From Escherichia coli (lineage in GTDB: Bacteria > Pseudomonadota > Gammaproteobacteria > Enterobacterales > Enterobacteriaceae): DNA of 64,000 nt. Both the position numbers and the translations under genes were made by a program. Below the pieces are notes generated by a model. It was not told the DNA's origin and searched no databases. It worked only from the letters and a program-made list of their open reading frames with translations. The stretch lies in the NCBI RefSeq assembly GCF_044324875.1, contig NZ_CP172185.1. The stretch is one strand, 5' to 3'. Below are positions 47,266 through 58,987 of the stretch, piece by piece (position 1 is the first letter of the stretch; each line of letters begins with the position of its first letter).

Positions 47266-48459
47266 TCAAATCTGCCGTAACTGCGCCTCAACATACAAAT
47301 AGCCAATTCCCAGTACCTGTTGTGCGCGGCTTAATTGCCCAAAGCCAATTTTCGTCGCTTTCACGCTCGGTCCTTCGTCGCGGTCGAACGGGTTAAATCC
47401 CGTCTGGCGAATAATGGTATTAAGCCAGTGCTCACCAAAGGCACAACTGCGACCGTACAACCAAATCTGATTAATATTGAGGATGTTGAGGAAGTTATAC
47501 AGACTCAAACCAATGGCATTGGCAGAGCGATCAACCCAGCTGGTGATCCACGGTTCTCCACTCTGCCAGGCAGCGATTAACTGCGCTGTTGTCAGTTTTT
47601 CAGGATCAAGCTGAGTATTAACCGGTTGTGATTTTAGCCATACCCGTGCCTGTTTTTTTAATGCACTTAACGAGGCGACGGTTTCCAGGCAGCCGTAACG
47701 TCCACAGTCGCAGACGACGCCATTCGGATTAACGATGGTGTGACCAATCTGTCCGCTACCATACAAACAGCCGCGATAAATTTGCTCGTTAATCACGAAC
47801 GACGAGCCAATACCGTAATCAACGTTGATCACGCAGAAATCCCGGCCCTGCGAATTATTTTGCCATTTCTCCGCCAGCGCCAGCATCACGCAGTCATTAT
47901 CGACCATCACCCGAATGCCGAGCTTCTCTTCCAGCAGATACTTCACCTCAACCGGCGTTGTCCACGGTGCTTGCGGCATGGTTTGCGACACGCCAGTCAC
48001 CGGATCAACCTGACCGTGGATTGCCAGCGCCAGGTTGATGGTACGGTCCGGCCACAATTTACGGTGGCGATGCCAGCATTTTTCGATTTCGGACAGCAGC
48101 GCCTGCGGCGTCGGTGCATCAATCTGTAAATACTCAAATTCGCCTTTCGGACTTAAACAGGCGTTAGCGACCTGACACTCAATACTGGTAGGCGTCACGT
48201 TCAGGCACAGCGTCCAGTCACCTTCCGGCGCAATCAGCCATGTACCGCTACTATGCCCGCGCGTCTGGCTTTCATCGTCGATATTCACCACCCGTTTTTC
48301 GCTTTCCAGTTCCTGCAAAATATTACTGACCGCCGGAATCGAAATTTGCGCCAGCCGGGCCAGGGTTGATTTATTGGCGCGCTTTTGCCGGTACAGCAGT
48401 TCCAGAATCACGCATTTGTTATGGTGGCGAATCTGTTGATTATTAATGCAGGCTCTCAT
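47266..48459 (-). CDS. yphH: ROK/NagC-family transcriptional regulator YphH, about 397 aa
   Basis: N-terminal HTH plus ROK sugar-kinase-like domain with Cys/His zinc motif; start uncertain. Confidence 0.8.
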   Translation of the reverse strand: MRACINNQQIRHHNKCVILELLYRQKRANKSTLARLAQISIPAVSNILQELESEKRVVNIDDESQTRGHSSGTWLIAPEGDWTLCLNVTPTSIECQVANACLSPKGEFEYLQIDAPTPQALLSEIEKCWHRHRKLWPDRTINLALAIHGQVDPVTGVSQTMPQAPWTTPVEVKYLLEEKLGIRVMVDNDCVMLALAEKWQNNSQGRDFCVINVDYGIGSSFVINEQIYRGCLYGSGQIGHTIVNPNGVVCDCGRYGCLETVASLSALKKQARVWLKSQPVNTQLDPEKLTTAQLIAAWQSGEPWITSWVDRSANAIGLSLYNFLNILNINQIWLYGRSCAFGEHWLNTIIRQTGFNPFDRDEGPSVKATKIGFGQLSRAQQVLGIGYLYVEAQLRQI

Positions 48460-48576
48460 CTTCACTAAACCTTGTTTAGTTAATTGCGTGATTATTCCGC
48501 GAAAACATTGCCAGATTGTTCAATACACTGCCACAAATCTTTTAATTCAGTATGTCTTGTTAATATTGAGGGCACC

Positions 48577-51500
48577 ATGACTCCAGTAAAAGTGTGGCAA
48601 GAGCGCGTTGAGATCCCGACCTATGAAACCGGGCCGCAGGATATACATCCCATGTTCTTGGAAAATCGCGTTTATCAGGGATCGTCCGGCGCGGTTTATC
48701 CCTACGGCGTGACCGATACGCTGAGCGAGCAGAAAACCCTGAAATCCTGGCAGGCGGTGTGGCTGGAAAACGACTACATCAAAGTGATGATCCTGCCGGA
48801 ACTGGGCGGTCGGGTGCATCGCGCGTGGGATAAAGTGAAACAGCGCGATTTTGTCTATCACAATGAAGTCATTAAACCGGCGCTGGTGGGGCTGCTGGGA
48901 CCGTGGATCTCCGGCGGGATTGAGTTTAACTGGCCGCAACACCATCGCCCGACCACCTTTATGCCCGTTGATTTCACCCTCGAAGCCCATGAAGACGGCG
49001 CACAAACCGTGTGGGTAGGCGAAACGGAGCCGATGCATGGTTTACAGGTGATGACAGGTTTCACCCTGCGCCCTGACCGGGCGGCGCTGGAAATCGCCAG
49101 CCGCGTCTATAACGGCAACGCCACGCCGCGTCATTTCTTGTGGTGGGCCAACCCGGCAGTGAAAGGGGGTGAAGGGCATCAGAGCGTCTTCCCGCCGGAT
49201 GTAACGGCGGTGTTTGATCACGGCAAACGGGCCGTCTCTGCTTTCCCCATCGCCACCGGCACTTACTACAAAGTGGACTACTCCGCCGGAGTGGACATTT
49301 CTCGCTATAAAAATGTGCCTGTTCCAACCTCATATATGGCTGAAAAATCACAGTACGATTTTGTTGGCGCGTGGTGTCACGATGAAGATGGCGGTTTGCT
49401 GCACGTTGCCAACCACCATATTGCGCCAGGTAAAAAACAGTGGAGCTGGGGACACAGTGAATTTGGCCAGGCGTGGGATAAGAGTCTGACCGACAATAAC
49501 GGCCCGTATATCGAACTGATGACCGGTATTTTTGCCGATAACCAGCCTGATTTTACCTGGCTTGATGCGTACGAAGAGAAGCGTTTCGAGCAGTATTTCC
49601 TGCCTTATCATTCTCTGGGCATGGTGCAAAATGCCTCCCGCGATGCGGTGATAAAACTCCAGCGTAGTGAGCGGGGGATTGAGTGGGGGCTGTATGCCAT
49701 CTCTCCGTTGAAAGGATACCGCCTGGCGATCCGCGAAATCGGCAAATGCAACGCGTTGCTCGATGATGCCGTGGCCCTGACACCAGCGACCGCCATCCAG
49801 GGCGTGTTGCACGGTATCAATCCTGAAAGGCTGACCATTGAACTCTCCGATGCCGACGGCAATATCATACTGAGTTATCAGGAACATCAGCCGCAAGAGC
49901 TGCCGTTGCCGGACGTCGCCAAAGCGCCACTGGCAGCACAAGACATTACCAGTACAGATGAAGCCTGGTTTATCGGTCAGCATCTGGAGCAATATCATCA
50001 CGCCAGCCGTTCACCGTTCGATTACTACCTGCGCGGCGTGGCGCTGGATCCGCTGGATTATCGCTGTAATCTGGCGCTGGCGATGCTGGAATATAACCGC
50101 GCCGATTTCCCGCAAGCGGTGGCGTATGCCACTCAGGCGCTGAAACGCGCACATGCGCTGAACAAAAATCCGCAGTGCGGACAGGCGAGCTTGATTCGCG
50201 CCAGTGCTTACGAACGTCAGGGGCAATATCAACAAGCCGAAGAGGATTTCTGGCGTGCGGTCTGGAGCGGCAACAGTAAAGCCGGTGGCTATTATGGTCT
50301 GGCACGGCTGGCGGCGCGTAATGGTCACGTCGACGCTGGTCTGGATTTTTGCCAACAAAGTCTTCGCGCCTGCCCAACCAATCAGGAAGTGCTTTGCCTG
50401 CATAATCTGCTGCTGGTGTTAAGTGGTCGTCAGGACAACGCGCGTTTGCAGCGTGAGAAACTGCTGCGTGATTATCCGCTGAACGCCACTCTGTGGTGGC
50501 TGAACTGGTTCGATGGTCGTAGCGAATCAGCCCTCGCGCAGTGGCGCGGTCTGTGTCAGGGACGCGACGTTAACGCCCTGATGACCGCCGGGCAACTGAT
50601 TAACTGGGGAATGCCCACCCTGGCGGCAGAGATGCTGAACGCACTGGACTGCCAGCGCACGCTGCCGCTTTATCTGCAGGCGAGTTTATTGCCGAAAGCT
50701 GAACGCGGCGAACTGGTCGCAAAAGCCATTGATGTCTTCCCACAGTTTGTCCGTTTCCCGAATACGCTGGAAGAAGTGGCGGCGCTGGAGAGTATTGAAG
50801 AGTGCTGGTTTGCCCGTCATTTACTGGCCTGCTTCTACTACAACAAGCGCAGCTACAACAAAGCCATTGCCTTATGGCAACGTTGCGTAGAGATGTCGCC
50901 GGAGTTTGCCGACGGCTGGCGCGGGTTAGCGATCCATGCGTGGAATAAGCAACACGATTATGAGCTGGCCGCGCGTTATCTTGATAATGCTTATCAGCTT
51001 GCGCCGCAGGATGCACGTCTGCTTTTCGAACGGGATTTGCTGGATAAGTTAAGTGGAGCCACACCGGAGAAACGACTGGCGCGTCTGGAAAATAATCTGG
51101 AAATTGCGCTGAAACGCGACGACATGACCGCAGAACTGCTCAATTTGTGGCATCTCACTGGTCAAGCAGACAAAGCGGCGGATATTCTCGCCACGCGCAA
51201 ATTCCACCCGTGGGAAGGCGGGGAAGGGAAGGTCACCAGTCAGTTTATCCTCAATCAGCTATTACGCGCCTGGCAGCACCTTGATGCCAGAGAGCCGCAG
51301 CAGGCCAGCGAACTGCTTCATGCCGCGCTGCATTATCCGGAAAATTTAAGCGAAGGCCGTTTACCCGGGCAAACTGATAACGACATCTGGTTCTGGCAGG
51401 CGATATGCGCTAACGCGCAGGGCGATGAAACTGAAGCGACGCGTTGTTTACGTCTGGCGGCGACCGGCGATCGCACCATTAACATTCACAGTTATTACAA

Positions 51501-51858
51501 CGATCAGCCGGTTGATTATCTCTTCTGGCAAGGAATGGCGCTGCGACTGCTGGGCGAACAACAAATCGCACAGCAACTGTTTAGTGAAATGAAACAGTGG
51601 GCGCAAGAGATGTCGAAAACCAGTATCGAGGCGGATTTCTTTGCTGTTTCACAACCTGACCTGTTGTCGCTGTATGGCGATTTACAACAGCAGCATAAAG
51701 AAAAATGCCTGATGGTGGCGATGCTGGCGTCCGCGGGACTAGGGGAGGTTGCGCAATATGAATCTGCTCGCGCTGAATTGACGGCGATTAATCCGGCCTG
51801 GCCGAAAGCAGCATTATTCACCACCGTGATGCCTTTTATTTTTAACCGCGTTCACTAA
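48577..51858 (+). CDS. yphG: Large uncharacterised protein YphG (about 1093 aa) with TPR-like C-terminal half
   Basis: Start placed at MTPVKVWQERVE; first gene of the yphGFEDCB cluster. Confidence 0.8.
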   Translation: MTPVKVWQERVEIPTYETGPQDIHPMFLENRVYQGSSGAVYPYGVTDTLSEQKTLKSWQAVWLENDYIKVMILPELGGRVHRAWDKVKQRDFVYHNEVIKPALVGLLGPWISGGIEFNWPQHHRPTTFMPVDFTLEAHEDGAQTVWVGETEPMHGLQVMTGFTLRPDRAALEIASRVYNGNATPRHFLWWANPAVKGGEGHQSVFPPDVTAVFDHGKRAVSAFPIATGTYYKVDYSAGVDISRYKNVPVPTSYMAEKSQYDFVGAWCHDEDGGLLHVANHHIAPGKKQWSWGHSEFGQAWDKSLTDNNGPYIELMTGIFADNQPDFTWLDAYEEKRFEQYFLPYHSLGMVQNASRDAVIKLQRSERGIEWGLYAISPLKGYRLAIREIGKCNALLDDAVALTPATAIQGVLHGINPERLTIELSDADGNIILSYQEHQPQELPLPDVAKAPLAAQDITSTDEAWFIGQHLEQYHHASRSPFDYYLRGVALDPLDYRCNLALAMLEYNRADFPQAVAYATQALKRAHALNKNPQCGQASLIRASAYERQGQYQQAEEDFWRAVWSGNSKAGGYYGLARLAARNGHVDAGLDFCQQSLRACPTNQEVLCLHNLLLVLSGRQDNARLQREKLLRDYPLNATLWWLNWFDGRSESALAQWRGLCQGRDVNALMTAGQLINWGMPTLAAEMLNALDCQRTLPLYLQASLLPKAERGELVAKAIDVFPQFVRFPNTLEEVAALESIEECWFARHLLACFYYNKRSYNKAIALWQRCVEMSPEFADGWRGLAIHAWNKQHDYELAARYLDNAYQLAPQDARLLFERDLLDKLSGATPEKRLARLENNLEIALKRDDMTAELLNLWHLTGQADKAADILATRKFHPWEGGEGKVTSQFILNQLLRAWQHLDAREPQQASELLHAALHYPENLSEGRLPGQTDNDIWFWQAICANAQGDETEATRCLRLAATGDRTINIHSYYNDQPVDYLFWQGMALRLLGEQQIAQQLFSEMKQWAQEMSKTSIEADFFAVSQPDLLSLYGDLQQQHKEKCLMVAMLASAGLGEVAQYESARAELTAINPAWPKAALFTTVMPFIFNRVH

Positions 51859-51954
51859 ACCTTATTAACTGTAATATTTGAGCGGCACGCGCTGCCGCTC
51901 ACGCTCAAATAATTAAAATAAGCCGTTGTAAATAAAAACCCTACAGGAGGTACT

Positions 51955-52938
51955 ATGCCTAAAAAAATGAGAACAACCCGTAATCTATTATTAATGGCTA
52001 CGCTATTAGGTAGCGCACTATTTGCCAGGGCTGCGGATAAAGAAATGACCATTGGCGCAATATACCTTGATACCCAGGGATATTACGCTGGTGTGCGTCA
52101 GGGCGTTCAGGATGCGGCAAAAGATTCTTCAGTACAGGTACAGTTAATTGAAACTAACGCCCAGGGTGATATTTCGAAAGAAAGTACCTTTGTTGATACC
52201 CTCGTGGCGCGTAATGTCGATGCCATTATTTTATCGGCAGTGTCTGAAAATGGCAGTAGCCGTACCGTTCGTCGCGCCAGTGAAGCGGGTATTCCGGTAA
52301 TTTGCTACAACACCTGTATTAATCAAAAAGGCGTCGATAAATATGTCTCGGCGTATCTGGTCGGCGATCCGCTGGAATTTGGTAAAAAACTGGGTAACGC
52401 TGCCGCCGATTATTTTATTGCCAACAAAATTGACCAGCCGAAAATTGCCGTCATCAATTGCGAAGCCTTTGAAGTTTGTGTGCAGCGCCGTAAAGGATTT
52501 GAAGAAGTATTAAAAATCCGTGTTCCCGGCGCGCAAATTGTCGCTAATCAGGAAGGGACTGTTTTAGATAAAGCGATTTCCGTTGGTGAAAAACTAATTA
52601 TCTCCACGCCGGATCTCAACGCCATTATGGGGGAATCGGGCGGTGCGACACTCGGCGCGGTAAAAGCGGTACGTAATCAAAATCAGACCGGAAAAATTGC
52701 TGTTTTCGGTTCGGATATGACCACTGAAATTGCTCAGGAGCTGGAAAACAATCAGGTGCTGAAAGCGGTGGTGGATATTTCCGGTAAGAAAATGGGCAAT
52801 GCTGTTTTCGCGCAAACTTTGAAGGTTATCAATAAACAAGCCGACGGTGAAAAAGTGATTCAGGTGCCTATCGATCTCTATACCAAAACGGAAGACGGTA
52901 AACAGTGGCTGGCAACGCACGTTGATGGTCTGCCCTAA
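51955..52938 (+). CDS. yphF: ABC transporter periplasmic sugar-binding protein, 327 aa
   Basis: Signal peptide; RbsB-like periplasmic binding fold. Confidence 0.85.
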   Translation: MPKKMRTTRNLLLMATLLGSALFARAADKEMTIGAIYLDTQGYYAGVRQGVQDAAKDSSVQVQLIETNAQGDISKESTFVDTLVARNVDAIILSAVSENGSSRTVRRASEAGIPVICYNTCINQKGVDKYVSAYLVGDPLEFGKKLGNAAADYFIANKIDQPKIAVINCEAFEVCVQRRKGFEEVLKIRVPGAQIVANQEGTVLDKAISVGEKLIISTPDLNAIMGESGGATLGAVKAVRNQNQTGKIAVFGSDMTTEIAQELENNQVLKAVVDISGKKMGNAVFAQTLKVINKQADGEKVIQVPIDLYTKTEDGKQWLATHVDGLP

Positions 52939-52960
52939 TCGCTGATTCGCAGAGGTCCCT

Positions 52961-54472
52961 ATGTTCACGGCAACAGAGGCAGTCCCGGTAGCAATAGTGG
53001 TAGCTGGAAATAAGCGTTATCCCGGCGTCGTTGCGCTGGATAACGTTAACTTCACGCTCAATAAAGGAGAAGTTCGTGCGCTGTTAGGCAAAAACGGCGC
53101 GGGCAAATCGACCCTCATTCGAATGCTTACCGGCAGTGAACGTCCGGATAGCGGTGATATCTGGATTGGCGAGACGCGACTGGAAGGTGACGAAGCTACG
53201 TTGACTCGCCGTGCCGCTGAACTGGGGGTTCGTGCGGTTTATCAGGAGTTAAGTCTGGTGGAGGGACTGACGGTGGCGGAAAACCTCTGCCTCGGTCAGT
53301 GGCCCCGCCGCAACGGCATGATTGATTACCTGCAAATGGCGCAGGATGCCCAACGTTGCTTACAGGCGCTGGGCGTTGACGTTAGCCCTGAACAACTTGT
53401 TTCAACGCTAAGCCCGGCGCAAAAGCAACTGGTGGAAATTGCGCGGGTGATGAAGGGCGAGCCGCGCGTGGTCATTCTTGATGAACCTACCAGTTCGCTT
53501 GCCAGTGCGGAAGTTGAACTGGTGATCAGCGCGGTTAAAAAGATGTCGGCACTGGGCGTGGCGGTGATTTATGTCAGCCACCGGATGGAAGAAATCCGCC
53601 GCATTGCCTCCTGTGCCACCGTTATGCGCGATGGTCAGGTAGCGGGCGATGTGATGCTCGAAAACACCTCCACGCATCATATTGTGTCGCTAATGCTCGG
53701 GCGCGATCACGTTGATATTGCGCCGGTTTCCCCTCAGGAAATTGTCGATCAGGCTGTGCTGGAAGTCCGTGCGTTACGCCATAAGCCCAAGCTGGAGGAT
53801 ATCAGCTTTACGCTCCGTCGTGGCGAAGTGCTCGGCATTGCTGGCCTGCTGGGGGCAGGGCGCAGTGAATTGTTGAAAGCCATAGTTGGGCTGGAGACGT
53901 ATGAACAGGGCGAAATTGTTATCAACGGCGAGAAAATCACGCGCCCCGATTACGGCGACATGCTGAAACGCGGCATTGGCTATACGCCAGAAAACCGCAA
54001 AGAAGCGGGGATCATTCCCTGGCTGGGCGTTGACGAAAATACAGTGCTGACCAATCGGCAAAAAATCAGCGCCAACGGTGTGCTGCAATGGTCCACCATC
54101 CGCCGCCTGACCGAAGAGGTGATGCAGCGGATGACGGTCAAGGCCGCCAGTAGCGAAACGCCCATCGGCACGCTTTCTGGCGGCAATCAGCAAAAAGTGG
54201 TGATCGGTCGTTGGGTCTATGCCGCCAGCCAGATTTTGTTGCTCGACGAGCCAACGCGTGGCGTCGATATCGAAGCCAAACAGCAGATTTACCGTATTGT
54301 CCGCGAGCTGGCTGCCGAAGGAAAAAGTGTGGTGTTTATCTCCAGTGAAGTGGAGGAGTTGCCGCTGGTGTGTGACCGCATCCTGTTATTACAGCACGGT
54401 ACGTTCTCGCAGGAGTTTCACTCGCCGGTCAATGTGGATGAGCTGATGTCCGCCATTCTGTCTGTGCACTGA
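52961..54472 (+). CDS. yphE: ABC transporter ATP-binding protein with two ABC domains, 503 aa
   Basis: Two Walker A motifs (GKNGAGKST, GLLGAGRSE) and signature LSGGNQQK. Confidence 0.9.
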   Translation: MFTATEAVPVAIVVAGNKRYPGVVALDNVNFTLNKGEVRALLGKNGAGKSTLIRMLTGSERPDSGDIWIGETRLEGDEATLTRRAAELGVRAVYQELSLVEGLTVAENLCLGQWPRRNGMIDYLQMAQDAQRCLQALGVDVSPEQLVSTLSPAQKQLVEIARVMKGEPRVVILDEPTSSLASAEVELVISAVKKMSALGVAVIYVSHRMEEIRRIASCATVMRDGQVAGDVMLENTSTHHIVSLMLGRDHVDIAPVSPQEIVDQAVLEVRALRHKPKLEDISFTLRRGEVLGIAGLLGAGRSELLKAIVGLETYEQGEIVINGEKITRPDYGDMLKRGIGYTPENRKEAGIIPWLGVDENTVLTNRQKISANGVLQWSTIRRLTEEVMQRMTVKAASSETPIGTLSGGNQQKVVIGRWVYAASQILLLDEPTRGVDIEAKQQIYRIVRELAAEGKSVVFISSEVEELPLVCDRILLLQHGTFSQEFHSPVNVDELMSAILSVH

Positions 54473-54496
54473 TGAATTTTACCGAGGAACCTGAAG

Positions 54497-55495
54497 ATGT
54501 CTGCTTCGTCATTACCATTGCCGCAGGGCAAGAGCGTCTCGCTCAAACAATTTGTCAGTCGCCATATTAATGAGATCGGTTTGCTGGTGGTGATCGCCAT
54601 TCTTTATCTGGTCTTCTCCCTGAACGCGCCGGGCTTTATCTCATTGAATAACCAGATGAACGTGCTGCGCGATGCCGCCACCATTGGGATTGCCGCCTGG
54701 GCGATGACGCTGATTATTATCTCCGGTGAAATTGATGTCAGCGTTGGGCCGATGGTGGCTTTTGTCTCGGTGTGCCTGGCATTTTTGCTGCAATTTGAAG
54801 TTCCGCTGGCGGTGGCGTGTCTGCTGGTGTTGCTGTTAGGCGCGCTGATGGGAACGCTGGCCGGGGTGCTGCGCGGCGTGTTTAACGTACCAAGTTTCGT
54901 TGCCACACTGGGGCTGTGGAGCGCCCTGCGCGGAATGGGGCTGTTTATGACCAACGCCCTGCCAGTGCCGATTGACGAAAACGAGGTACTGGACTGGCTG
55001 GGTGGACAATTTCTCGGAGTGCCGGTATCCGCGCTGATCATGATGGTGTTGTTTGCGCTGTTTGTGTTCATCAGCCGCAAAACCGCCTTCGGGCGCTCGG
55101 TTTTTGCTGTTGGCGGTAATGCCACTGCAGCACAGTTGTGCGGCATCAACGTTCGTCGGGTGCGCATTCTTATCTTTACCCTTTCGGGATTATTAGCGGC
55201 GGTGACCGGCATTTTGTTGGCGGCGCGCCTCGGTTCCGGTAACGCAGGTGCCGCAAACGGTCTGGAGTTTGACGTCATCGCCGCGGTCGTGGTCGGTGGT
55301 ACGGCACTTTCCGGCGGTCGCGGTTCCCTGTTTGGTACATTGCTTGGTGTGTTGGTGATTACGCTAATCGGTAACGGTCTGGTGCTGCTCGGGATTAACT
55401 CCTTTTTCCAGCAGGTGGTGCGCGGCGTCATCATCGTGGTGGCGGTGCTGGCGAATATCTTGCTGACTCAGCGAAGCAGTAAAGCGAAACGCTAA
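54497..55495 (+). CDS. yphD: ABC transporter permease (RbsC-like), 332 aa
   Basis: Polytopic membrane protein downstream of yphE. Confidence 0.85.
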   Translation: MSASSLPLPQGKSVSLKQFVSRHINEIGLLVVIAILYLVFSLNAPGFISLNNQMNVLRDAATIGIAAWAMTLIIISGEIDVSVGPMVAFVSVCLAFLLQFEVPLAVACLLVLLLGALMGTLAGVLRGVFNVPSFVATLGLWSALRGMGLFMTNALPVPIDENEVLDWLGGQFLGVPVSALIMMVLFALFVFISRKTAFGRSVFAVGGNATAAQLCGINVRRVRILIFTLSGLLAAVTGILLAARLGSGNAGAANGLEFDVIAAVVVGGTALSGGRGSLFGTLLGVLVITLIGNGLVLLGINSFFQQVVRGVIIVVAVLANILLTQRSSKAKR

Positions 55496-55560
55496 ACCTA
55501 AACGCCCCTGGCGCGGGTGCGGCAGGGATGAAAATTAATCGTATTGTTAATGAGGGATTT

Positions 55561-56622
55561 ATGAAAACGATGCTGGCAGCTTATTTACCAGGAAATTCGA
55601 CCGTCGATCTGCGGGAAGTTGCGGTGCCGACGCCGGGGATTAACCAGGTACTGATCAAAATGAAATCCTCCGGGATTTGCGGAAGTGATGTCCACTATAT
55701 CTATCATCAACACCGTGCCACGGCAGCGGCACCCGATAAACCGTTATACCAGGGATTTATCAACGGTCATGAACCGTGCGGGCAGATTGTGGCGATGGGG
55801 CAAGGCTGCCGCCATTTTAAAGAGGGCGACCGCGTGCTGGTGTATCACATTTCTGGCTGTGGTTTTTGCCCGAACTGCCGCCGCGGCTTTCCTATCTCTT
55901 GTACTGGCAAAGGAAAAGCGGCTTACGGCTGGCAGCGTGACGGCGGTCATGCCGAATACCTGCTGGCGGAAGAAAAAGATCTGATCCTGCTCCCGGACGC
56001 GCTGAGCTATGAAGATGGTGCGTTTATCAGTTGCGGCGTTGGTACAGCGTATGAAGGGATTTTGCGCGGCGAAGTTTCCGGCAGTGATAACGTGCTGGTG
56101 GTCGGTCTGGGGCCGGTCGGCATGATGGCGATGATGCTGGCGAAAGGTCGCGGTGCAAAAAGGATCATCGGCGTTGATATGCTGCCGGAACGTCTGGCGA
56201 TGGCGAAACAGTTAGGGGTGATGGATCATGGCTATTTAGCAACGACCGAAGGTCTGCCGCAGATTATCGCCGAACTTACCCACGGTGGCGCGGATGTTGC
56301 GCTCGATTGTTCCGGTAATGCCGCAGGTCGCTTACTGGCGTTGCAATCCACTGCTGACTGGGGACGGGTGGTTTACATCGGAGAAACCGGAAAAGTGGAG
56401 TTCGAGGTTAGCGCCGATCTGATGCATCATCAACGGCGGATTATTGGCTCCTGGGTGACCAGTCTGTTCCATATGGAAAAATGCGCCCACGATTTAACGG
56501 ACTGGAAACTGTGGCCGCGTAATGCCATTACCCATCGCTTCACGCTGGAACAGGCAGGAGATGCCTATGCGCTGATGGCGAGCGGTAAATGCGGGAAAGT
56601 TGTGATTAACTTCCCGGATTAA
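55561..56622 (+). CDS. yphC: Zn-dependent alcohol/polyol dehydrogenase family protein, 353 aa
   Basis: GHEPCG zinc motif; Rossmann motif GLGPVG. Confidence 0.85.
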   Translation: MKTMLAAYLPGNSTVDLREVAVPTPGINQVLIKMKSSGICGSDVHYIYHQHRATAAAPDKPLYQGFINGHEPCGQIVAMGQGCRHFKEGDRVLVYHISGCGFCPNCRRGFPISCTGKGKAAYGWQRDGGHAEYLLAEEKDLILLPDALSYEDGAFISCGVGTAYEGILRGEVSGSDNVLVVGLGPVGMMAMMLAKGRGAKRIIGVDMLPERLAMAKQLGVMDHGYLATTEGLPQIIAELTHGGADVALDCSGNAAGRLLALQSTADWGRVVYIGETGKVEFEVSADLMHHQRRIIGSWVTSLFHMEKCAHDLTDWKLWPRNAITHRFTLEQAGDAYALMASGKCGKVVINFPD

Positions 56623-56633
56623 GGAGTCAGCGG

Positions 56634-57505
56634 ATGACCATCTATACGTTATCTCACGGGCCGCTAGAGCTGGACGTTTCTGACCGGGGCGGTGTCATCG
56701 AAGGCTTCTGGCGTGACGCGACGCCGCTCTTACGTCCCGGTAAAAAAAGCGGTGTGGCAACCGATGCCTCTTGTTTTCCGCTGGTGCCGTTTGCAAACCG
56801 GGTGAGCGGCAATCGTTTTGTCTGGCAGGGGCGTGAGTATCAACTGCAACCGAATGTTGAGTGGGATGCGCACTATCTGCACGGCGACGGCTGGCTGGGG
56901 CAGTGGCAATGTGTCTCGCGCAGCGAAGATAGCTTGTGTCTGGTGTATGAACATCGCAGCGGTGTTTATCACTATCGGGTAAGTCAGGCGTTTCATTTAA
57001 CGGCAGATACGCTGACGGTGACGCTCTCTGTCACCAATCAAGGGACAGAGACGCTGCCATTTGGTACCGGCTGGCATCCTTATTTTCCGTTGTCACCACA
57101 AACGCGGATTCAGGCGCAGGCGAGCGGTTACTGGCTGGAGCGGGAGCAGTGGCTGGCGGGTGAGTTTTCGAGCAGCTACCGCAGGAGCTGGATTTCAACC
57201 AGCTCGCGCCGTTGCCGCACCAGTGGGTGAACAATGGCTTTGCCGGATGGAATGGTCAGGCCCGCATCGAGCAGCCGCAGGAGGGTTATGCCATCATCAT
57301 GGAAACGACGCCACCTGCACCATGTTATTTCATCTTTGTTTCCGACCCGGCGTTTGATAAAGGATATGCGTTTGATTTCTTCTGTCTGGAACCGATGAGC
57401 CATGCGCCGGATGACCATCATCGCCCGGAAGGGGGTGATCTCATTGCGCTTGCACCAGGGGAATCAACAACTTCAGAGATGTCGTTGCGGGTTGCGTTAC
57501 TGTAA
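56634..57505 (+). pseudogene. yphB: Aldose 1-epimerase-family gene yphB, apparently frameshifted
   Basis: 872 nt from start to stop, not a multiple of 3; N-terminal frame ends at 57230, C-terminal frame continues from about 57164 to 57505; frame switch maps to the TTTT run at 57165-57168. Confidence 0.6.
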
Positions 57506-57513
57506 TTTATAAA

Positions 57514-57531
57514 ATGCCGGATAAGGCGTTC
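57514..57531. repeat. Left half of a REP palindromic unit split by the IS insertion
   Basis: ATGCCGGATAAGGCGTTC; the right half ACGCCGCATCCGGCAT lies at 58957-58972. Confidence 0.7.
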
Positions 57532-58439
<908 letters not shown>

Positions 58440-58987
58440 TCCAGGAGATGCTCCTGCATGGCTTTCAGATATGCATTTTCTGCGCGAAGATAACGCAGCT
58501 CATTCTTCATCTCTTCCGGCGTCATGTTTGCCTCGTTTTCATGGGTATCATCAGAACGGGTCATGCTTTTCTCCTTCCAGCGCCTGATAAAGGCCTCATT
58601 ACCAGATTTGCGGTAGCCTTTTATCCAGTTTTTAACCGTGTTGTGGCTGGGAATGTTAAACCGGGCAGCTACCCGGGGTAGAGACTCAGAATGCCCGAGA
58701 GCATAAAGAACCACGCAAAGTTTATCTTCAGGAGAATAGCTACGCTTGTGTCTGCAATCCAGTGCCCGAGGACCGTGAAGAAGAAAAAGATTAATCCAGT
58801 GTGAGAGGCTGGTGTGAGAAAGTTGAAAGAGTTTTGCCGTAGAAATGATGCCTGCATGACCGGCCAGGTAATGATTTACAGCGGCAAGTTTTACTTCAAA
58901 TGAATGTTTCATAAACTGCACCTTCAGATGTCAGATTATGTCCAACATTTGGGGTGCAGTTCATTCACGCCGCATCCGGCATCTTTC

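Noticed and set aside
49348-50403. Minus-strand ORFs of 217, 135 and 130 aa within yphG
   Set aside because: Antisense or overlapping frames of a long coding region; no independent support
55685-55984. 99-aa plus-strand ORF and 68-aa minus-strand ORF overlapping yphC
   Set aside because: Alternative frames of a dehydrogenase gene with clear motifs; no independent signals
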